Part shown: piece after piece, positions 1 through 9,081 of the stretch
How the letters are laid out: every line of letters begins with the position of its first letter
Position numbering within the stretch: position 1 is the stretch's first letter
From: an uncultured Actinomycetes bacterium
Lineage (GTDB): Bacteria > Actinomycetota > Thermoleophilia > Solirubrobacterales > Solirubrobacteraceae
Length of the DNA: 64,000 nt
Assembly (NCBI GenBank): GCA_963787065.1
Contig: CAWBBQ010000022.1
Location: 18,521-82,520 of the forward strand
Direction: 5' to 3'
Position numbers and translations under genes: made by a program
The notes under the pieces: model-generated
Told to the model about the DNA's origin: nothing
The model's database searches: none
What the model saw: only the letters and a program-made list of their open reading frames with translations

Positions 1-612
1 GGGCCAGTCGAAGGCCTCGGCCTGGACGTCCTGCGGCAGCGCCAGCGTGACCGCGCCGGTCTCGACCGGGTCGGTGAGCACGCGCATCGCGGCCAGCGCG
101 CCGGCCATGAGCTGCTCGGGGCGGTTGATGCGGTCGAAGAAGCGCGACACCGGGCGGAAGGCGTCGTTGACCGAGACGTCGAGCGACGTCGGGTCCTCGA
201 GCTCCTGCAGGACCGGGCTGGCCACGCGCGTGGCGAAGATGTCGCCGGGCAGCAGCAGCACGGGCAGCCGGTTGATGGTGGCCAGCGCCGCCCCGGTGAC
301 CATGTTCGTCGCCCCCGGGCCGATCGACGACGTGCACGCCAGCGTCGACAGGCGGTCCTTCATGCGCGCGTAGGCGGTGGCCGCGTGGACCATCCCCTGC
401 TCGTTGCGGGCCAGCAGGTAGGGCAGCTCGGGCGAGCCGCTGAGCTCGGCCTCGAGCAGCGCCTGGCCGACGCCGGCGACGTTGCCGTGGCCGAAGATCC
501 CGAAGCAGCCGGCGATCAGGCGCCGGCGCTCGCCGTCGCGCTCGGTGTGCTGGTTGGCCAGGAAGCGGACGAGCGCCTGGGCCACGGTGAGCCGGGTGGT
601 GGACGGGGTCAT
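1..612 (-). CDS. iolD: 3D-(3,5/4)-trihydroxycyclohexane-1,2-dione acylhydrolase (IolD), N-terminal part; 3' end lies outside the window
   Basis: Manual minus-strand translation from ATG at 612 gives [27 protein letters not shown]...[17 protein letters not shown]...[30 protein letters not shown]. This is a ThDP-enzyme N-terminal domain typical of IolD. It is absent from the ORF track because it runs off the window edge. Confidence 0.85.
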   Translation of the reverse strand, partial: MTPSTTRLTVAQALVRFLANQHTERDGERRRLIAGCFGIFGHGNVAGVGQALLEAELSGSPELPYLLARNEQGMVHAATAYARMKDRLSTLACTSSIGPGATNMVTGAALATINRLPVLLLPGDIFATRVASPVLQELEDPTSLDVSVNDAFRPVSRFFDRINRPEQLMAGALAAMRVLTDPVETGAVTLALPQDVQAEAFDWP

Positions 613-1492
613 GCGTGCCTCCGCGCGGACGTCATCGGCAGCCTCGGGTCGATCTCCTGGCCTTCCCAGGTCGAGCGGATCCAGGCGTGGTCGGGGTCGT
701 CGGTGAAGCGCCACGCGCGCTCGCCGGGGCCGGCCATCACGTTGAGGTAGTACAGGTCGTAGCCGGGCGCGGCCATCGACGGCCCGTGGTAGCCGTGCGG
801 CATGACGATCGCGTCGCCGCTGCGCACCTCGGCGGTCACGTCGATCTCGCGGCCGGGGCCCGAGCCGTACACGCGCTGGTAGCCGAAGCCCGGCGACCCG
901 CTCGGGCCGGCGGCGACCTCGAAGAAGTAGATCTCCTCGAGCGCGGTCTCCTCGCCCGGGCGCTCCTCGTCGTGCTTGTGGGGCGGGTAGGACGACCAGT
1001 TGCCGGCCGGGGTGAGGACCTCGACGGCGATCAGCCGGTCGGCCTCGAGCGCCTCGGGCGCGCAGAAGTTGTTGACCTGGCGGCTGGCCTGGCCGGCGCC
1101 GCGCAGCTCGACGGCCACGTCCTCGGCGGCCACCCGGCGCGCGTCCAGCCGGCGCTGCGCGCGGGCGCTGGGCAGCGCGAAGCGCCCGCCGCCCGTCGGA
1201 GGCGATCTCCACGCGGGCGTCGCGCGGGACGTAGACGAAGTCGGTCACCCCGAGAAGACGCCGTCGCGGCCCTCCAGGGCGAACGCCTCGCCGTCGCAGG
1301 TCACCGAGCACGCGCCGGCCAGCGGCAGCACGATCAGCTCGTCCTCGCCGCTGTCGCAAGCGCGTGCGCGCCCCCCGGCTCGAGCTCGAGCACGCGCAGG
1401 CCGCTGAAGCCCCAGCCCGCGGTCTCCGGCGTGATCGACAGCGCGAACGGCCCCTCCGCCGTCGCGCCGGCGCGCAGCAGGCCGCCGCTCAT
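609..1492 (-). pseudogene. iolB: 5-deoxy-glucuronate isomerase (IolB), frame-disrupted
   Basis: The N-terminus [41 protein letters not shown] is the tail of ORF 1334..1867. The next piece, [32 protein letters not shown], is the tail of ORF 1245..2657. The C-terminal cupin part is ORF 609..1133 (YPPHKHDE...VMPHGYHGP). That is at least three reading frames for one gene. Its start overlaps the upstream stop (ATGA). Confidence 0.75.
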
Positions 1493-2388
1493 GCCGGCAC
1501 CGCCCGCGGCAGCAGCGAGACGGCGGTGTCGACCGCGGCGGCGACGTCGTCGTCCGGCGGGTACAGCAGCGAGCGACCGACGACGAGGCCGATCGCGCCG
1601 GGCACCTCGCAGCGCGCGTCGCCAGCGCTCGAAGGTCGCGTCCTGGTCGTCTGAGACCTCGCCGCCGAGCAGCACCGTGGGCAGCGTGGTCGCGGCGACG
1701 ACGCGCTCCATGTCGTCGACGACGGGGACCTTGAGCCAGGTGTGGGCCGACGTCGTGCCCAGGCCGGCGGCGATCACCGACGCGCGCACGGCCGCCTCCG
1801 TGGTCAGCTCGGTGCGCAGCCGCCCGTCGGCGCCGCGACGGGCCATGAACGGCTCGATCATGGCCACCAGCCGCGCGCGCGGCGAGGTCGCTGACCGCGC
1901 CGGCGCAGGCGGCCACGGTCGCCGCGGTGGCCGGGTCCTCGAGGTCGATGCGCACGAGCATCTTGCCGCCCTGGAGGCCCATCGCCTCGATCGCCGCCGC
2001 GTCGTAGGCGGTGAAGCGGTCGTCGATCTCCCACGTCGCGCCCTGCAGGCCGCCGCGGTTCATCGACCCGAACACCGCCTTGCCGTCGAGCGCGCCGAGC
2101 AGCAGCAGGTCCTCGATGATGTCGGGCGTCCCCAGCACGCCGCTGACGCCGGGGCGCGACAGGGCCAGGCACAGGCGATCGAGCAGGTCGCCGCGGTCGG
2201 CCATGGCCATCGCCCGCGAGCCGGCGCCGAGCATCCCGCGCGCGGTGTGGTCGGCGGCCACGACCATGACGCGGCCCGACTCGTTCAGCGGCGAGTCCGG
2301 CCGCGCGGCGCGCGGCGGCGGCCTCGGCGATCGCCTCGGGGCGACGCGCGCGGATCTCGGTGAGCGCGTGCACGCGGTCCTCAGGCAT
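1489..2388 (-). pseudogene. DhnA/Cgl0159-type class I aldolase-fold protein (candidate 5-dehydro-2-deoxyphosphogluconate aldolase), frame-disrupted
   Basis: Pieces lie in three frames. They are MPEDRVHALTEIRARRPEAIAEAAA (ORF 1858..2757), VMVVAADHTARGMLGAGSRAMAMADRGDLLDRL...GSMNRGGLQGATWEIDDRFTAYD...GGKMLVRIDLEDP (ORF 1245..2657) and AMIEPFMARRGADGRL...TSAHTWLKVPVVDDMERVV...LLGGEVSDD (ORF 1334..1867). Its position between iolC and iolB fits the inositol pathway. Confidence 0.6.
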
Positions 2389-3451
2389 CGACGGCCTCCC
2401 CGAGCAGCGCGTCGACCTCGTGCTCCTCGGGCATCGCGTCGGCGCAGGCCAGGCGCGCGGCCACGAGCGCGCCGGCCGCGTTGCAGAAGCGCATGATCCG
2501 CTCGACCTCCCAGCCGGCGAGCAGCCCGTGGCACAGCGCGCCGCCGAACGCGTCGCCCGCGCCGAGCCCGTTGACGACCTCGACGGGCACGGGCGGGACC
2601 TCGACCGTGGTCGTCGCCGTCGTGGGCCAGCACGCCCTTGGGGCCCTGCTTGACCACGGCCAGGTCGACGCCGCGCTCGCGCAGCGCCTGCGGCGGCCGC
2701 GCGCGGCTCGCGCACGCCGACGGCGGTGTCGCACTCGTCGAGGTTGCCGACCGCCACGGTGACGTGCGGCAGGGCCTGCTGCGACCCGCGCGCGCGCCTC
2801 CTCGCGCGAGGGCCAGAACATCGGCCGGTAGTCGAGGTCGAGGATCGTATGGAGTACCTCCGCGGGGCGTCCGGCCCCGCGGCCTGAGAGTGACGGCCGG
2901 CGTCCAGCCGTCCGAGACTGACGCCCGCGCGCCTCGAGCGCGGCCAGCGTCGCCGACCGGCTCGGCTCCTGCGACAGCCCGGTGACCGTCACCCAGAAGA
3001 CGCGCGCCGCGCGGATCGCGTCGAGGTCGAGCTCCTCGGGACGGATCTCGAGGTCGGGCGCCTTGGGCTCGCGGTAGAAGTACAGCGGGAAGTCGTCGGG
3101 CGGGAAGATCTCGCAGAACGTCACCGGCGTGGGCAGGCCGGCGACCTCGGTGACGTAGCGGTCGTCGACCCCGAAGCGCCGCAGGGCGTCGTGCAGGAAG
3201 GCGCCGAACGGGTCCGCGCCGGTGCGCGTGATCACCGCGCTGCGCCGCCCGTAGCGGGCGGCGGCCACGGCGACGTTGGTGGCGCTGCCGCCGAGGTACT
3301 TGCCGAACGACTCGACCTCGCGCAGCGACACGCCGACCTGCAGCGGGTACACGTCGACGCCGATCCGGCCCATGGTCAGGACGTCGTGGGGCGCCGTGGG
3401 TCCGCCCGCGCTCACCGCGTCCTCATCCCGGTCCCGGTCACCAGCCCGCAT
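2381..3451 (-). pseudogene. iolC: 5-dehydro-2-deoxygluconokinase (IolC, PfkB family), frame-disrupted in the middle with the frame later restored
   Basis: ORF 2381..3451 has good N-terminal (DVLTMGRIGVDVYPLQVG...GGSATNVAVAAARYG) and C-terminal (VEVVNGLGAGDAFGGALCHGLLAG) sequence but an Arg-rich nonsense middle. The missing middle is found in the other frames: VAVGNLDECDTAVG (ORF 1858..2757) and VVKQGPKGVLAHDGDDHG (ORF 1245..2657). Confidence 0.8.
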
Positions 3452-4349
3452 GCTCGCGCAGCCAGTCGCGGTTGCGCCGCTGCTCGGCCGCCGCGTCGCC
3501 GAACGCGCCGGCGTCCTGGAGGACGCGGTCCTGCTCGATGACCAGCCAGCCCTCGTAGCCCGACGCCTGCAGCGCCGCGCAGAAGCCGGTCAGGTCCACG
3601 TCGCCGTCGCCCAGCGCGCAGAACAGCCCGCGCTGCCAGGCGGTCAGCGTGTCGGCGCGCTCGGCCTTGACCCCGGCCAGCACGTCGAGGCGGACGTCCT
3701 TGAGGTGCACGGCGCCGATCCGCTCGCCCCAGTCGCGCAGCCCGGCGATCGGGTCCGCACCGGCCACGGCGAGATGCCCGGAGTCGAGCAGCAGCGGCAC
3801 ATCGGTGTCGGTCAGGAGGCGCTCGATCTCGGGCAGGCCCTCGACGTAGGTCGAGGTGTGGTGGTGGAAGACGGGCTCGTAGCCGCGCTCCCGCGCGGCG
3901 TCCGCGGCGCGTTCGACGCCCTCGACGAGCGTGTCCCAGCGCGCGTCGTCCAGGCGCAGGTGGGGGTCCTCGCCGCCTCGGCCGGGGTTGGCGATCCGAT
4001 CGGGCCCGCCCGCGTCGCACAGGACGGTGCGCGCCCCGTCGCCGCCGGCGGCGTCGAACAGGTCGAGCGTGTGGCGCAGGCCCGCGAAGCCCTCATCCCA
4101 GTGCTCGCGCTCGCTGAGGCGGATGGGGACGAAGCCGCCGGCCAGGGACAGGTCGTTGGCCTCCAGGCGCGCGCGCAGCTCGTCGCCCTCCCCGAGGTAG
4201 CCGGGCGGACCGAGGTCGGTGCCGGCATAGCCGGCGTCGCCGATCTCCGACAGGACGCGGACGGGATCGGGCACCGCGAAGTCGGTCCCCACCGTCATCT
4301 CGAAGGCACCGTAGCTGAGCGGGGCGTTGGCCACGCGCACGCCGCTCAC
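3438..4349 (-). CDS. sugar phosphate isomerase/epimerase, xylose-isomerase-like TIM barrel (IolE/inosose dehydratase-like)
   Basis: This is the C-terminal 303 aa of ORF 3438..4982, starting at GTG 4349 (VSGVRVANAPLSYGAFEM...HHHTSTYVEG...LLLDSGHLAVAG...VHLKDVR...WLVIEQD). Its start overlaps the upstream stop (GTGA). It lies in the iol cluster. Confidence 0.75.
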   Translation of the reverse strand: MSGVRVANAPLSYGAFEMTVGTDFAVPDPVRVLSEIGDAGYAGTDLGPPGYLGEGDELRARLEANDLSLAGGFVPIRLSEREHWDEGFAGLRHTLDLFDAAGGDGARTVLCDAGGPDRIANPGRGGEDPHLRLDDARWDTLVEGVERAADAARERGYEPVFHHHTSTYVEGLPEIERLLTDTDVPLLLDSGHLAVAGADPIAGLRDWGERIGAVHLKDVRLDVLAGVKAERADTLTAWQRGLFCALGDGDVDLTGFCAALQASGYEGWLVIEQDRVLQDAGAFGDAAAEQRRNRDWLREHAGW

Positions 4350-5503
4350 CGCGCCGGCTCCCACGCGCCGCTGGCCGACGAGCGCTCGATGGCCCGCAGC
4401 ACGCGCGCGCAGGCCAGCATGTCGTCCACGCCCGGCGCGCGCTGCTCGCCGTCGCGGACGGCCTCGAGGAAGGCGCGCGCCTCGGTGACGCGCAGGTCGT
4501 CGTAGCCCATCGGCACGCCGGCGCCGGGCTGGAAGGCGGCGAAGTCGCCGTGCTGGGGCCCGACGAGGATCGTCGTGTAGCCCTCGTCGGCGCCGTTGTC
4601 GGAGAGCTCGAAGCGCTCGAGCTCGTTCATCCGCTCGAGCTCCCAGGACAGCGCACCGCGCGTGCCGTGGACCTCGAAGCGCATCTGCACGCGCGGGCCG
4701 ACGATCACGCGGCTGGCCTCCAGCGAGCCGACCGTCCCGTCGCCGAACTCGAACAGGGCCCCGGCCCAGTCCTCGTTCTCGACGTCGACGAGGTCGTCGG
4801 TCTCGACGCGACTGAAGTGCGTGCCCGCGCCGACCGGGAGCTGGGGCCGCTTGGCGATCATCGTCGCCGTGCGCCCGTTGAGGCGCTCGATCGGGCCGAC
4901 GAGGAAGTGCGTCATGTCGACGACGTGGGCCATGAGGTCCCCCAGCGCCCCGGAGCCGGCGTCCTCGCGCCTGAAGCGCCACGACGCGGCCGCGTCGGGA
5001 CGGTTGGCGTAGTCGGCCAGGAACACCCCGCGGTAGTGCGTGACGTCGCCGATCGCCCCGGAGCGGATCAGCTCGCGGGCGTGCTGGACGGCCGGCGCGA
5101 ACCGGTAGCAGAAGCCCACGCCGGTGACGACGCCGGCGCTGCGCGCGGCGTCGGCCACCGCCGCGGTGTCCTCGAGGCCGCGGCCGACCGGCTTCTCCAC
5201 CCAGACGTGCTTGCCCGCGGCGATGGCGGCCAGCGCCACCTCGCGGTGCATCGCGTTGGGCAGCGTGATGCTGACGACGTCGACGTCCGGGTGCTCGAGG
5301 ACGGCGCGCCAGTCGTCGCTGGTGGTCTCGAAGCCCACGCGCGCGGCGTGGGTGCGGCGCTCCTCGCCGACGTCCGCGGCGATGACCAGCCGCGGGCGCA
5401 CGCCGAGCTCGGGGAAGTGCTCGACCACACGCCGGTACGACGACGTGTGCACCCGCCCCATCCAGCCGAAGCCGATGACCCCCACGCCGATCTGTCGCTC
5501 CAA
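4346..5503 (-). CDS. Gfo/Idh/MocA family oxidoreductase (inositol 2-dehydrogenase-like)
   Basis: It has the Rossmann N-terminus IGVGVIGFGWMGRVH and a conserved WVEKP motif. A TTG start at 5503 is preceded by GGAGGAG. The upstream part of ORF 4346..5770 is Arg/Ala-rich non-coding read-through. Confidence 0.85.
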   Translation of the reverse strand: MERQIGVGVIGFGWMGRVHTSSYRRVVEHFPELGVRPRLVIAADVGEERRTHAARVGFETTSDDWRAVLEHPDVDVVSITLPNAMHREVALAAIAAGKHVWVEKPVGRGLEDTAAVADAARSAGVVTGVGFCYRFAPAVQHARELIRSGAIGDVTHYRGVFLADYANRPDAAASWRFRREDAGSGALGDLMAHVVDMTHFLVGPIERLNGRTATMIAKRPQLPVGAGTHFSRVETDDLVDVENEDWAGALFEFGDGTVGSLEASRVIVGPRVQMRFEVHGTRGALSWELERMNELERFELSDNGADEGYTTILVGPQHGDFAAFQPGAGVPMGYDDLRVTEARAFLEAVRDGEQRAPGVDDMLACARVLRAIERSSASGAWEPAR

Positions 5504-5565
5504 TGCCTTCTCCTCCGCCCTGCGACCGGAACGTACGCTAAAGGTATGTTTCGCAACCACGCTTG

Positions 5566-5599
5566 TGGAATCGATTCCAGCCGCATGGAAAGCATTCCA
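5566..5599. promoter_or_regulatory. two LacI-type palindromic operator candidates
   Basis: TGGAATCGATTCCA (5566-5579) is a perfect 14-bp palindrome with a central CG. TGGAAAGCATTCCA (5586-5599) is symmetric at 12 of 14 positions. Both lie in the 163-bp gap between the oxidoreductase start and the LacI gene end. Confidence 0.45.
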
Positions 5600-5666
5600 G
5601 CACCGGCTGTCGCTGTCAAGCCGGGAGGTCGCCGGGCTGACCCGCCCGGCCGCGCCCGGCTTCGCG

Positions 5667-6722
5667 TCAGGCGGCGCCGCAGCCGCACGATCGGCGCACC
5701 CGGATGTCCAGCGGGACGCGCTCCACCACGCCCTCGGTGGCGATGCCGTTGGCGCCCGACAGCGCGGCAAGGAGCAGCTCCGCCGCCCGCCGCCCGAGCT
5801 GGCGGTCGTGGCGGTCCAACGAGGTCACGGGCGGGTCCAGCAGGTCGGGGTGGGACGGCTCGTCGAACGAGACGACGGCGAGCCGGCCGGGCACGTCGAC
5901 ACCGAGCTTGCGAGCGGCCTCGAGCACGCCGAGGGCCAGCGTGTCGGCCCCGGCGATGATCGCCGTGGGCGGCCGCTCGAGCGCGAGCAGCTCGCGCGCG
6001 AGCTCCTCGGCCACCGCCTCGGTGCAGGTCGGGTCGCTGGTCCGCACGTAGGCCGGAGGCACCGGCAGCCCGGCGCGGCCCATCGCGGCGGTGAAGCCGT
6101 CGAGACGCTCGCGTCCGGGCCGGTGCATGAACGGCGCCGCGCCCGGGGCACCGACGGCCGGCGGCCCGATGTAGGCGATCAGCTCGTGGCCATGCTCGCG
6201 GACGAGGTGGTCGACGAGCAGCCCGACGCCCTCCTCGTTGCACATCGCCACCGCGCCGGCGCGGACGTCGGCGGGCACGGCGTCGAAGAAGACGGCGGGC
6301 ACGCCGATGTCGCGATAGCCGCCGGACGTGGCGAGGATCACGCCGTCGACCTGATGGGCGCCGAGCATGCGCAGCGCAGCGGTCTCGCGCTCGGCGGTGC
6401 GCTCGGTGTTCATCACGAGGACGTGGTAGCCGCGGGCCTCGAGGACCTCCTGGGCGCCCTTCAGGGCGCTGGCGTAGAAGCCGACCGCGACGTCGGGCAC
6501 GACGAGCCCGACCGCCATCGTCGAGCCGCGGCGCAGCGACCGGGCGAGGTGGTTGGGCTCGAATCCCAGTCGCTCGACGGCCGCCCAGACGCGCCCGTGC
6601 GCCGCCGCGCTGACGTTCGGCCCACCGGACATGGCACGTGACGCCGTCGCCCGCGACACGCCGGCCGCGGCCGCCACGTCGGCCAGCGTGGGGCGCCGAC
6701 GCGCGTTCGGTCCGGAGGCCAT
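5667..6722 (-). CDS. LacI family transcriptional regulator
   Basis: The HTH is TLADVAAAAGVSRATASRAMSG...VWAAVERLGFEPNHLARSLRRG, followed by a periplasmic-binding-like sugar domain. I chose the ATG at 6722. An alternative TTG at 6749 opens the ORF in the track. Confidence 0.9.
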   Translation of the reverse strand: MASGPNARRRPTLADVAAAAGVSRATASRAMSGGPNVSAAAHGRVWAAVERLGFEPNHLARSLRRGSTMAVGLVVPDVAVGFYASALKGAQEVLEARGYHVLVMNTERTAERETAALRMLGAHQVDGVILATSGGYRDIGVPAVFFDAVPADVRAGAVAMCNEEGVGLLVDHLVREHGHELIAYIGPPAVGAPGAAPFMHRPGRERLDGFTAAMGRAGLPVPPAYVRTSDPTCTEAVAEELARELLALERPPTAIIAGADTLALGVLEAARKLGVDVPGRLAVVSFDEPSHPDLLDPPVTSLDRHDRQLGRRAAELLLAALSGANGIATEGVVERVPLDIRVRRSCGCGAA

Positions 6723-6782
6723 GTCGGACAGGCTATCCGGGCTTGACAAACGATTCCAGCGCTGTTTAGGCTGGCGCGCTGC

Positions 6783-6796
6783 TGAAATCGATCTCA
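6783..6796. promoter_or_regulatory. related operator-like imperfect palindrome in the lacI / ABC-transporter divergent region
   Basis: TGAAATCGATCTCA matches TGGAATCGATTCCA at 11 of 14 positions. A CGATTCCA half-site also sits at 6751-6758. Confidence 0.35.
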
Positions 6797-6910
6797 GGGG
6801 TTCGGGAGATCGGGAACTTGACCGGAGCGTTCTCGGGAGGGACGCTCCGCCCAGACGACTGCCGCCCGCGCGAGCGCAACGGCGGCCTGCAGACCAGAGG
6901 AGAGGTGCCT

Positions 6911-7951
6911 ATGTGGAACGTGCGCAAGCGCTCGACGCGCCTGCTTGCGGTTGGCGGTGCAGTGGCCCTGACCACCCTCGGCATCGCCGCGTGCGGCGGC
7001 GACGACGAGGGCGGCGGGGGCGGCGGCGGGAGCAGCGGCGGCGACGAGAAGGTCGTCGTCGGCCTGATCGTCAAGCGCGAGTCCAATCCCTTCTTCGTGA
7101 AGATGATCGAGGCCGGCGAGAAGGCCGCCAAGGAGAACAACGTCGAGCTGATCACCGCTGCGGGTAAGAGCGACGTCGACAACCAGAGCCAGGTCACCGC
7201 GCTGGAGAACATGACCACGCGCGGCGCGAAGGGCATCCTGATCGTCCCGGCCGACTCCAAGGCGGTCGTCCCGGCCATCAAGAAGGCGCGCGATGCGGGC
7301 GTGACGGTGATCGCCCTGGACACGCCGACCGAGCCGCAGAGCGCCGTCGACGCATTGTTCGCGACGGACAACCTGAAGGCCGGCGAGCTCATCGGCCAGT
7401 GGGCCAAGGCCAAGATGGCCGGCAAGAAGGCGAAGATCGCCATGCTCGACCTCGCGCCCGGCATCTCGGTCGGTCAGCTGCGCCACGACGGCTTCCTCAA
7501 GGGCTACGGGATCAAGGAGGGCGACCCGCAGATCGTCGGCTCGGTCAACACCGAGGGCGACACGGCCAAGGGCCAGGCAGGCATGGAGCAGCTGCTCCAG
7601 AAGGACCCCGACATCAATCTGGTCTACTCGATCAACGAGCCCTCCGGCTTCGGCGGGGCCACCGCGCTCAAGGCGGCCGGGAAGGGGCCGGAGGACTTCG
7701 TTCTCGTCTCCGTCGACGGCGGCTGCGACGCGATCGAGCGCGGCATCAAGACCGGCGTCATCGACGCGACCTCGCAGCAGTACCCGCAGAACATGGCCGC
7801 CCAGGGCATCAAGGCGATCGCCGAGGCCGCCCGCGGCGGGAAGAAGCCCACGGGCTACACCGACACCGGCGTGAACCTCATCACCAAGGAGCCGCTGGAC
7901 GGCGTCACATCCAAGGACGAGGCCTACGGCACGGAGAACTGCTGGGGCTAG
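6911..7951 (+). CDS. sugar ABC transporter substrate-binding lipoprotein (ribose/fructose-type, PBP1 family)
   Basis: ATG 6911 follows AGAGGAGAGG. The signal and lipobox are LTTLGIAAC, followed by a Gly-rich linker. The sequence VGLIVKRESNPFFVKM...VTVIALDTP is typical of RbsB/FrcB-like binding proteins. Confidence 0.9.
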   Translation: MWNVRKRSTRLLAVGGAVALTTLGIAACGGDDEGGGGGGGSSGGDEKVVVGLIVKRESNPFFVKMIEAGEKAAKENNVELITAAGKSDVDNQSQVTALENMTTRGAKGILIVPADSKAVVPAIKKARDAGVTVIALDTPTEPQSAVDALFATDNLKAGELIGQWAKAKMAGKKAKIAMLDLAPGISVGQLRHDGFLKGYGIKEGDPQIVGSVNTEGDTAKGQAGMEQLLQKDPDINLVYSINEPSGFGGATALKAAGKGPEDFVLVSVDGGCDAIERGIKTGVIDATSQQYPQNMAAQGIKAIAEAARGGKKPTGYTDTGVNLITKEPLDGVTSKDEAYGTENCWG

Positions 7952-8043
7952 TCGCGCGGCGCTGACCGCGACGGCGGCCGGTCCGCTCGGACCGGCCGCC
8001 CGGCGCCGAGGCGTCTCGTGATCCACCTCGACGGAGGACACCA

Positions 8044-9081
8044 GTGACCACTGAGCCACAGACCCAGACCGCCGGGGCGGAGGCCGCTCCCGGCGCACCC
8101 CCCGACGCCCCTCGAGGCGGTGGCCGCAAGGCCCCGAAGGTCTCCGGCGATCGCGTCGCTCAGCTCGGACCGCTGTTCGCGCTGCTTCTCGCCTGCATCT
8201 TCTTCACCACCCAGTCCGACCGATTCCTCACGGGCGGCAACTTCTCGCTGATCGTCCAGCAGGTGATGGTGATCGGCACGCTGGCCATCGGCCAGACGCT
8301 CATCATCCTGACCGCCGGGATCGACCTGTCGTGCGGGACTGTGATGGCGTTCGGGTCGATCGTCATGAGCAAGCTCGCCGTCGACAGCGGCGTGCCGCCG
8401 GTGTTGGCGATCCTCATCGGCATCGCCGCGTGCGCCGCATTCGGATTGCTGAACGGCAGCCTGGTGACGTTCCTGAACCTGCCAGCCTTCATCGTCACGC
8501 TGGGAACGTTCAACATCGCCTTCGCCTTGACGCACATCTACTCCGAGGACGAGACGATCTCCAACCTGCCCAGCGTGATGACGACGCTGGGCAACTCGTT
8601 CTCGCTGGGTGGCACGGCGATCACCTACGGGTCGTTGGTGACGCTCGGGTTGTTCGCGTTGTTCTGGTTCATCCTCAGCCACACGACGTGGGGCCGGCGG
8701 ATCTACGCGCTCGGCGACAACCCGGAGGCGACGCGCCTGATGGGCATCCCGGTCAAGAAGCAGCTGCTGGCCATCTACACGGTGGCGGGCGTGATCTACG
8801 GGATCGCGGCCCTGCTGCTCATCGCGCGAACGAACACCGGCGACCCGAATGCCGGCCAGACCGACAACCTCGACGCGATCACCGCCGTGGTGCTGGGCGG
8901 CACGAGCCTGTTCGGCGGCCGCGGCCTGATCATCGGGACGCTGATCGGCGCGCTGATCGTCGGCGTGCTGCGCAACGGCCTCGTCCTCATGGGCGTCGCC
9001 ACGACCTACCAGGTGCTGATCACCGGCATCCTGGTCATCGTCGCGGTGTCCGTCGACCAGATCGCCCGGAGGCGCGTGTGA
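8044..9081 (+). CDS. sugar ABC transporter permease (RbsC/FrcC-like)
   Basis: The 345-aa ORF is polytopic and hydrophobic, starts at GTG, and contains the motif RTNTGDPNAGQTDNLDAITAVVLGGTSLFGGRG. Confidence 0.9.
   Translation: MTTEPQTQTAGAEAAPGAPPDAPRGGGRKAPKVSGDRVAQLGPLFALLLACIFFTTQSDRFLTGGNFSLIVQQVMVIGTLAIGQTLIILTAGIDLSCGTVMAFGSIVMSKLAVDSGVPPVLAILIGIAACAAFGLLNGSLVTFLNLPAFIVTLGTFNIAFALTHIYSEDETISNLPSVMTTLGNSFSLGGTAITYGSLVTLGLFALFWFILSHTTWGRRIYALGDNPEATRLMGIPVKKQLLAIYTVAGVIYGIAALLLIARTNTGDPNAGQTDNLDAITAVVLGGTSLFGGRGLIIGTLIGALIVGVLRNGLVLMGVATTYQVLITGILVIVAVSVDQIARRRV

Noticed and set aside
615-2363. Long ORFs antisense to or overlapping clear genes. Examples: 615..2363 (+), 3276..4505 (+), 16386..17630 (+), 48935..51055 (+), 57997..60063 (-), 58422..60233 (+) and 60076..62868 (+).
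   Set aside because: They have Arg/Ala/Pro/Gly-dominated composition and no recognisable domains. They mirror well-supported genes on the other strand or frame. These are typical shadow ORFs of very high-GC DNA.
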